64,000 nucleotides of DNA from Octopus vulgaris (Eukaryota), in NCBI GenBank assembly GCA_951406725.2, contig OX597820.1:51274001-51338000 (forward strand). The letters run 5' to 3'. Below, one piece after another: positions 55,430 to 64,000 of the stretch (its first letter is position 1; the number at the start of each line of letters is the position of its first letter). A program made the position numbers and the translations under genes. Under the pieces are notes generated by a model that ran no database searches, was not told where the DNA came from, and saw only the letters and a program-made list of their open reading frames with translations.

Positions 55430-55658
55430 GGTGTGTGTGTGTGTATGGGTACAGGACGTCACCACCTGTCTAACCAGCATGAAGTGCGAAAACAAACGAG
55501 CTAATTACACAAACGACGATAGAAAATGGAAAACAGGACAAATAACAGAGAGAATGGCCCTTCATCAGTTGTCGGCTGCGTATCTACCGGTCATATCGAG
55601 TATTCAACCAAAATATGAGTCTTCGTAGACATTTGCTCCATTACATTCCAAAATTATG

Positions 55659-55712
<54 letters not shown>

Positions 55713-55927
55713 CATCATCATCATCATCATCATCATTATCATCATTATAATAATAATAATAATAATAATTATTATTATTATTATTTTTATTAATTTAACA
55801 CAACGCATCCATTTGCAAGTATGTATATATATTTATTTATTTACATATATGTTTATACATATATATGTATATATATATATATATATACATACATATATAC
55901 ATGCATATATATATATATATATATATA

Positions 55928-56018
<91 letters not shown>

Positions 56019-56534
56019 CGTGTGTATTTCCCTTTGTCTATGTATTTCTCTCTGTGTATGTATTTACGCGTGGGTGTGTTCGTGTGTGTTTCTGTGTGCG
56101 TGTGTATGAGTTCGTGTATAGAGATATATATGTGACTATACGTATATGCATACACACACACGAAGACCTATAGTAATTTGTTGATCATGACATGCAACCT
56201 TTTCTCACTTTACTTTTTGCCAGCAATGTCAAATCTCATTTATCTGCAATGTCAAATAATAAATGTTTTGGGTAATGGAAAGGAGCAGAGACACCGGCAA
56301 GAAACTTGGAATGCTTCCCCTAAAAAAGAATAATCATATATTCCCTTGAATAGCGGAATGAAAACCAAATTCGTTGTAGAATATTCACTAAATAGTAAAG
56401 AAACTACGAATTTATTTGTCCTCATACACAATATTGTTTGATGTTATCTGAGGCGTATATAAATTAATTAATTAAAGTGTATGCCTGCCTGTATGTCAGT
56501 AAGTATCCGAGCGAGTGAGGGAGTATAGTAATAC

Positions 56535-56676
56535 CTAAGTGCGATGAGTATATGCGTCGTAGAGAATCTGTTTGACCTATATACGTAAGTAGAACTATAA
56601 CTGAAAGCAAAAGAATGTGTTGGGAGTTAGAAATCACTAGAATAAATTGCATAGCAACTTTGGCACTTTTGACCAT
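56535..56676 (-). pseudogene. Signal-peptide-coding exon, phase-compatible with 53898
   Basis: MVKSAKVAMQFILVISNSQHILLLSVIVLLTYIGQTDS-LRRIYSSHL; G|GTATTA donor; TTTCAG acceptor with AG at 53900-53899. Confidence 0.45.
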
Positions 56677-57094
56677 TGTCTCATTCTTCAACTCATGGTC
56701 TGTTGGGATATCTTATCGTTTTTCTCTCACTGTAAACGTGGTAAATTGCATCGAAGACCTGACGTAAATTAAACATTCGTCACCTCTGGGTCAATAGATT
56801 TCTTAATGTGTGAAAACGAAGATGAAATATTTTCTATTTTCATTGAACCAACGTAAAGTGTTCTAACCGAAGCCAACTATACAGCTGATCAAAAGTGAAT
56901 ATGATAAACTACTAAATAAAGAGAAAAACAAGACGAAATGAAACGGAAATATCATGAAATATTATAATGCAAAACTAAACAGATTTCGTGTATATTCTTT
57001 TTGTTGATATTCTCAGAGAATAGGGACTGTCTCAGATCAATGAATTTAGCGTGCTAGGGCAACATATAATCAGATATAATGAGTAATATTAATA

Positions 57095-58010
<916 letters not shown>

Positions 58011-58559
58011 AGCATTACGACCAGCAAGTCCAGATTATGTGCATTTAATATATTTGTATTGTCCACTGGTGATATCTCGGTACAAAGAAAGGTATCTGGA
58101 CAGGGAAGAATACCGGGGAAATCATAAAGGATAAATCTCAGAATACACGAAGAGACAGAAACAGATATACATGTTTGTGTATGAGCCTTCGTGCGTGCGT
58201 TTGTGAAAAAAAACAGACTAAGTGTGTGCGCAAGCGTGCTTATATCTGTGTATATATGTATGTGTTTGTGTGTTTGTGTGTTCGTGTCTCTGTGTATGTC
58301 TATCTGCGTCTGTCTGTTTATGTAATGTGTTAGTTATTCATAGGTCCGAAATTAGCATGCCCCAAAATTCTTTTACTTTATATTTTTTATACAGTCATTG
58401 GTCATGGCTGGTAAGAAACTAATCATTGATTCCATGTCTATCATTGCTCTAATCAATGTAGGCGGCCCAGGAGACGAGCGGACTGTATGTAGATAATTTC
58501 TTCATCAATGGAGGTAAGAATACAATGTTTGCCAGCATAGGATTGGTAAAATTCATGAG

Positions 58560-58800
58560 ACCTAATTATTCGAAGTTAAAAGACATACCGGGTGAAACGG
58601 AGCTACCTCCATGGAAATTTCAGTTGTGTCCAAATGTGGTCAGTTTATGGACATTTTCAGTAGTCCCAAAGCGGAGAATGTCTTGCCACGTTTTTATCAT
58701 AAAATGTCCCAAAGTGTGTTCTCACCTGTCTCCTATTGCCTATTCTGTCGTCGCCTATAGTGCTAAGAACAATATTAGACGTGAAAACAATGTCAACTTT
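58560..58800 (-). pseudogene. Cys-loop receptor-like N-terminal fragment
   Basis: IVLSTIGD; FMIKTWQDIL (WxD motif); DHIWTQ (IWxP-like). Confidence 0.45.
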
Positions 58801-58829
58801 CTAATCGTCCAAAACCAACGACTACATAA

Positions 58830-58860
<31 letters not shown>

Positions 58861-58884
58861 GGTGTGTGTGTGTCTGTGTGTGAA

Positions 58885-59199
58885 GGCGCATGGCTCAGTG
58901 GTTAGAGCGCCGAGCTTAGGATCGCGAGGTTGTGAGTTCGAATCCCGGACCGAGCTGCGTGTTGTGTACTTGTGCAAGACACTTATTTTCACGTTCTTCC
59001 AGTTCACTCAGCTGTAGAAATGTGTTGCGATGTCACACGTCCCAAGCTGAATCGGCCTTTACCTTGCCCTTGGATAATACTGGTGGCGAGGAGAGGGGAA
59101 GCCGGTATGCATGGGCGACTGCTGGTCTTCCATAAACAACCTTGCCCGGACTTGCACCTCGGAGGGTAACTTTCTAGGTGTAATCCCACGGTCAGTCAT
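58885..59199 (+). mobile_element. tRNA-derived SINE (family A)
   Basis: A box TGGCTCAGTGG 58891-58901; B box GAGTTCGAATCC 58934-58945. Confidence 0.85.
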
Positions 59200-59212
59200 A
59201 TATATATATATA

Positions 59213-59625
59213 CTCTTTTACTCTTTACTCTTTTACTTGTTTCAGTCATTTGACTGCTGCCATGATGGAGCACCGCCTTTAGTCGAGCAAATCGACCCCG
59301 GGACTTATTCTTTGTAAGCCCAGTACTTATTCTATCGGTCTTTTTTGCCGAACCGCTAAATGACGGGGACGTAAACACACCAGCATCGGTTGTCAAGCAA
59401 AGCTAGGGGGACAAACACAGACACACAAACATACACACATATATATATATATATACATATATACGACGGGCTTCTTTCAGTTTCCGTCTACCAAATCCAC
59501 TCACAAGGCATTGGTCGGCCCGGGGCTATAGCAGAAGACACTTGCCCAAGTGCTACGCAGTGGGACTGAGCCCGGAACCATGTGGTTGGTTAGCAAGCTA
59601 CTTACCACACAGCCACTCCTGCGCC
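59213..59625 (-). mobile_element. SINE (family C), full length
   Basis: Reverse complement of 44386-44782; (GAGTAAA)n tail. Confidence 0.85.
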
Positions 59626-60389
59626 TATATATATATATTTTTTAAGAATATATATATATACTTACAACAGACAAGACCCACACATACAGGGATAATTTGT
59701 AGAGTTCTCGTCATACATAAAATCACATCTAATACCTAACTAGCAGAAGAACGTACACACGAATAGAAACACGTATGCCTACATGGCTGTATAGTTTAGT
59801 ACACTTTTTCTTATGTTTGTATGCGAATGGATATTTTTTTTCTTGTTTTAGCATTGTGTGAATAATACATAAATATTTGTAATGTACTCCCGAGAAAAAA
59901 TTATAAAAATAAATATATAAATAGATAACAAGATGATATAGATTGTGTACCAGGTAAAGCTTCGTTTGACTGACGCTCGTGTTATTTACTAGTTTGAGGA
60001 AGAAATTGGCGAGAAAAACACGTAACGTTATCCCTTATTTATCATACCTTCTTGGCAGTGATGCAAGACATAATTAGATTGCGTTGTTCTTCTTGTTTCC
60101 AGTGCTGTTTCTGATGATTAAGGTGCAAATGATCGTGCTGGTGTTGCTGATAATGATGCTGATGTCGACAACTACGTTGATGCTGATGTGATGGTGGTGT
60201 GATGGAGGTGATTGGTTATAATAGTCGGATGATGATGATGATGATGATGATGTAGCGTCGATAGGGTGATGATAATTGTGGTGGTGCTGGTGATGGTAAT
60301 GATGACGCTCATGATTAAGATGAGTAGGCGGAGAATGAAGATGAGGATGACGTCACCGACGGTCATGACGGCGAAAATGATAGTACATT

Positions 60390-60780
60390 TGTACTTGTTT
60401 CAGTCATTTGATTGTGGCCATGCTGGAGCACCGTCTTTAGTCGAGCAAATCGGCCACAGGTCTTATTCTTAGTAAGCCTAGTACTTATTCTATCGATCTC
60501 TTTCGCCGAACCGCTAAGTTACGGGAGCATAAACACACCACCATCGGTTGTCAAACGATGCTGGGGAGGGTCAAACACAGACGCACAAACATATATATAA
60601 ATATATAAATATATACATATATACGAGGCTTCTTTCAGTTTCCGTCTACCAAATCCACTCACAAGGCTTTGGTCGGCCCAAGGCTATAGTAAAAGACACT
60701 AACCCAAGGTGCCACGCAGTGGAAATGAACCCGGAAATATGTGGTTGGTAACCAAGCTACTTACCACACAACCACTTCTG
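60390..60780 (-). mobile_element. SINE (family C)
   Basis: Matches 59213-59625. Confidence 0.85.
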
Positions 60781-61929
60781 ATAGTGATCAGTATGTACAG
60801 AAGTCGCAGTTGGTGGATGTTGTGGGATTATTACAATGAGGATATTGATTAGAAAATTTGGTTTGTATTATAACTGGTCATGATAACAATGCTTTTATTG
60901 CAAAGCTGTGAATGAAAAAAAATATATGATATACAGAAAATAAATTAAAACGAGCAAGCAACTTCCAAAAACATAATCTTCCTCATCAGCAACAATGGTG
61001 CGAATGACCACAATGACCGTATGGGTAAAAAACATTTCTACTATTCTTAAGCTTTGGGAGCGGTCGCCTGCCGTTTACATTGTACCCAGTGCTGAAGTCG
61101 TGCATATTTCGTCTACACGAAACAATGAAGGATCGTCCTCTGCGTAATTTGATCTAAGAAGACAACACCAAAAGAAACACCGTAAAGCATTTCACCTGGC
61201 ACCTTATCAACCATGACAACAAGAACAACAATATTAAAATTAACAACAACAAGATAAATAATGATAACAATCTTTTTTTACTAAAGCTACGAAGCTTGTA
61301 ATTTTGGGGAGAGGCTACTCGATGTCATCGACCTCAGTGTTTCACTTGTATTTAGTTTATCTTTATATATATCTAGTACATATGTGGAAACTCGGTGTGT
61401 GTTTGTTTGTGGCATTGTTAGCTAACTTCTACATAGTTTTCTTTATTTTGATGAGACTTGGCACAAGAGTAGAACTCACGTCTCGAAACCTCGTGACATA
61501 GTTAGATTGCTGAGAAAATCGATAATATATGACCCTGGTAGTACACTTTATATCTACCTAATTTTTTTAAGCACCCAAGAGAAATTACCCATAGCATATG
61601 CATACATTTTTTAAAACACTCACGGGAAATATTCCATTTCATTGTTTATGTGCTATTACTTAGTATATTGAATTTTTGTGTGTCCAATTTCTAATTTTGC
61701 AAACAATATCACTTTATTTGACACTGAATAGAACTCATGTCTGAAAACCTCGTGACATACTTAGATTGTTGAAAAAAATTCGATAACATGACTCTTCCAA
61801 TGGATCCTTCTATCTACTACATATTACTAATATTTTATTTAAAGAACCCAAGGGAAATAACCCATAACACCTGCAGAATAATGTATTTGCCACTTGACCC
61901 TTCTAACCTCTTCTAGGCCACCACTAGCT

Positions 61930-62350
61930 GGAATGGAGATAACAGTCCTCCAATGAAATCATCTGTTCTGAAGAATATGTCTATCCTTCTAGCTGATTTT
62001 CGATAGTTATAAAAACAAGAACTCCATAAGCTAAAGGCAGTTACTGAGAGCGACCATCAGTGAGTGTGAACGTTATCATTGCATTATTCATAAAGTTCAC
62101 TTTTAAAATTCCACGACGAGTCACTGTACTTTCTCGCCAACCTCCGAAAACCTCTCTTGCTAACCTCCAACAATCTCTCCTCCTCCAGGTGACATTTTTT
62201 CGTTCTTTTCGCGACGGAAAATACACCTTTTGTGGCACTTACAACGAAATTGCTTTCTTATAGCAGAGCATATCAAATATACCAACAGCTGGGACAAATG
62301 CACACACAGGAGTGGTGATGTGAAGCACCCAGTCTGAGGTTAACAGAAAG
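61930..62350 (-). pseudogene. Cys-loop receptor-like remnant
   Basis: GIFDMLC; GGWRESTVT; MITFTLTDGR; SSEQMISL (SGEKISL-like). Confidence 0.4.
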
Positions 62351-62404
62351 ACCTTGGTGGTGCTCCCGCATGACCACATGGTTGAAACGAGTAAAAGAGT
62401 AAAA

Positions 62405-62442
<38 letters not shown>

Positions 62443-63045
62443 GCATGCACACATACACACACTGTGTCTCACGGTGCAGGTAGCAATATATATTACTAGC
62501 AATAAGAGCTACAAAATCTTCAAAAATGAGTGAGATGATCAGACTTCGTAAAGACCCACTCAATTTTGCGACTAGGATGGGCTTTATTTCCTATGTCTAG
62601 CAATGTATTTGTTTCCCTGTACCGTCTGTCAGAATTAGTGGAAAACCGAATTCTTTGTTCGTTTTATATTTCTTAGAGCCACCTTCGTTATATTGTAATT
62701 TTCACATTTTCATCTTCCTATATCATCCATTAATTCATACGGAAAATACTATATACTAACAGTCAGGATTTGATCAAACCATTCGGCGTCGGAACACTTA
62801 TCGCTGACAAGCTTTAATTTCAAGCGAAACTTGAATTCTAGTATGATGATCTAGCCCATCTTAGAGCGCATAGCTCCTCTCTCAGCTGTAGACCTGTTCT
62901 TCTTTGCGGCTGAGTGGGATTTCACCTCTTATTTCTAGCAATGTAGGTGCTACTATGCACCGTCTGTCGCAATTAGTGACAATTGAATCATTTCTTTTGG
63001 CTTTATTTATCTTATTGTCACACACACACACACACATACACACAT

Positions 63046-63129
<84 letters not shown>

Positions 63130-63289
63130 GTGTGCGTGCGTGTGTGTAGGTATATGTCATGTAAGCACCTAAGTGTGGGCGTATTACACACACAACAACA
63201 ACAACGTAGAGATGATGTCATTCCATTAACTTCGCATCTAGAAATGAAAAATCAACCCAGAAAACGTTTGCCAAGTGGATTCCCCAGTG

Positions 63290-63500
63290 GAGGAAGTTGC
63301 TTAAGTTCAATGGAATTTGAGTTGACTCTAAAGTCCATAGCTTATACGTCATTGCTCTCTGCTTACTCGTTGCAAAAGTAAACAATTTTTGAAGAAAGGC
63401 GAATTGATTTTAGAAAGAATTGTTTTTGCAATGGTGATCAATATCACGACAATGATGATATTGCCGATGATCTTATTCCAGCTAGTGCAGGCTTCTATAG
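63290..63500 (+). pseudogene. Cys-loop receptor-like pre-M1 to M2-M3 remnant
   Basis: MEFELTLK; LERIVFAMVINIT; DDLIPAS. Confidence 0.4.
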
Positions 63501-64000
63501 ATAATGTTAACAAAACATAGAAATGAGGTTATAAAACATGTTTATCTATAAGCATGGTAAATCTAAAAATCTGAGTACTTATGGATTTTACTGGTATGTA
63601 TATTGCATGATATATGTTGTGTGAGTGTATGTATAAACATGCGTTTTCCTGTATATATATGTTTGTGTAAAAGGAACTGTGTGTGCAGGGTATATATATG
63701 TATTTGCTGTGTGCGTGATTTTGCATAGATGCATTTATAGAAAACACTAATATCTAATTTCATACACTGAAACATAATGATAACAAAAGATATACAAAAC
63801 TGATATCTATGTAGGTATGTATCTATAAAAGCGTACACACACAAACACACACATACATACACACATACACACACACACACACATATGTGTGTGTGTACAT
63901 ATATGAATATTTGTATGTGTGTCGGGGTGCCTCCGAGTGTCGGCGTGTGTATGTGGCTGTGTGCACGCTTCCGTAACCGTGTGTTTTTGAATGATTTCCC

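Noticed and set aside
58885-58960. tRNA gene
   Set aside because: tRNA-like head continues into a SINE body that recurs at 903-1226
60150-60385. His-rich or Met/Asp-rich ORFs
   Set aside because: Degenerate (GAT)n trinucleotide tract

Overview
AT-rich eukaryotic DNA with very dense (TA)n, (CA)n and (ATT)n microsatellites, tRNA-derived SINEs and decayed transposons. The repeat landscape is what I associate with an Octopus-type cephalopod genome; this is an inference. I found no intact host gene, and most ORF-track calls are microsatellite artefacts. Two hidden layers stand out. (1) The unique-looking spacers between repeats appear to hold about 15-18 heavily decayed, mostly intron-less remnants of divergent Cys-loop (nicotinic-receptor-like, possibly chemotactile-receptor-related) genes on both strands, which would be a tandem pseudogene graveyard. 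(2) Many short, mostly TA-flanked non-coding elements carry type I hammerhead ribozyme cores in Penelope-style tandem or inverted arrangement. These include a young 493-494 bp tandem array with three intact hammerheads and a diverged relative with compensatory helix changes. Also present: mariner, Tc1-like and piggyBac fossils, a Dong/R4-type LINE inside a TAA repeat, CR1-like and Penelope GIY-YIG fragments, Helentron-like pieces, and a template-switch rearrangement at 32.5-39.3 kb. All protein-motif matches were made by eye and need profile-search confirmation.
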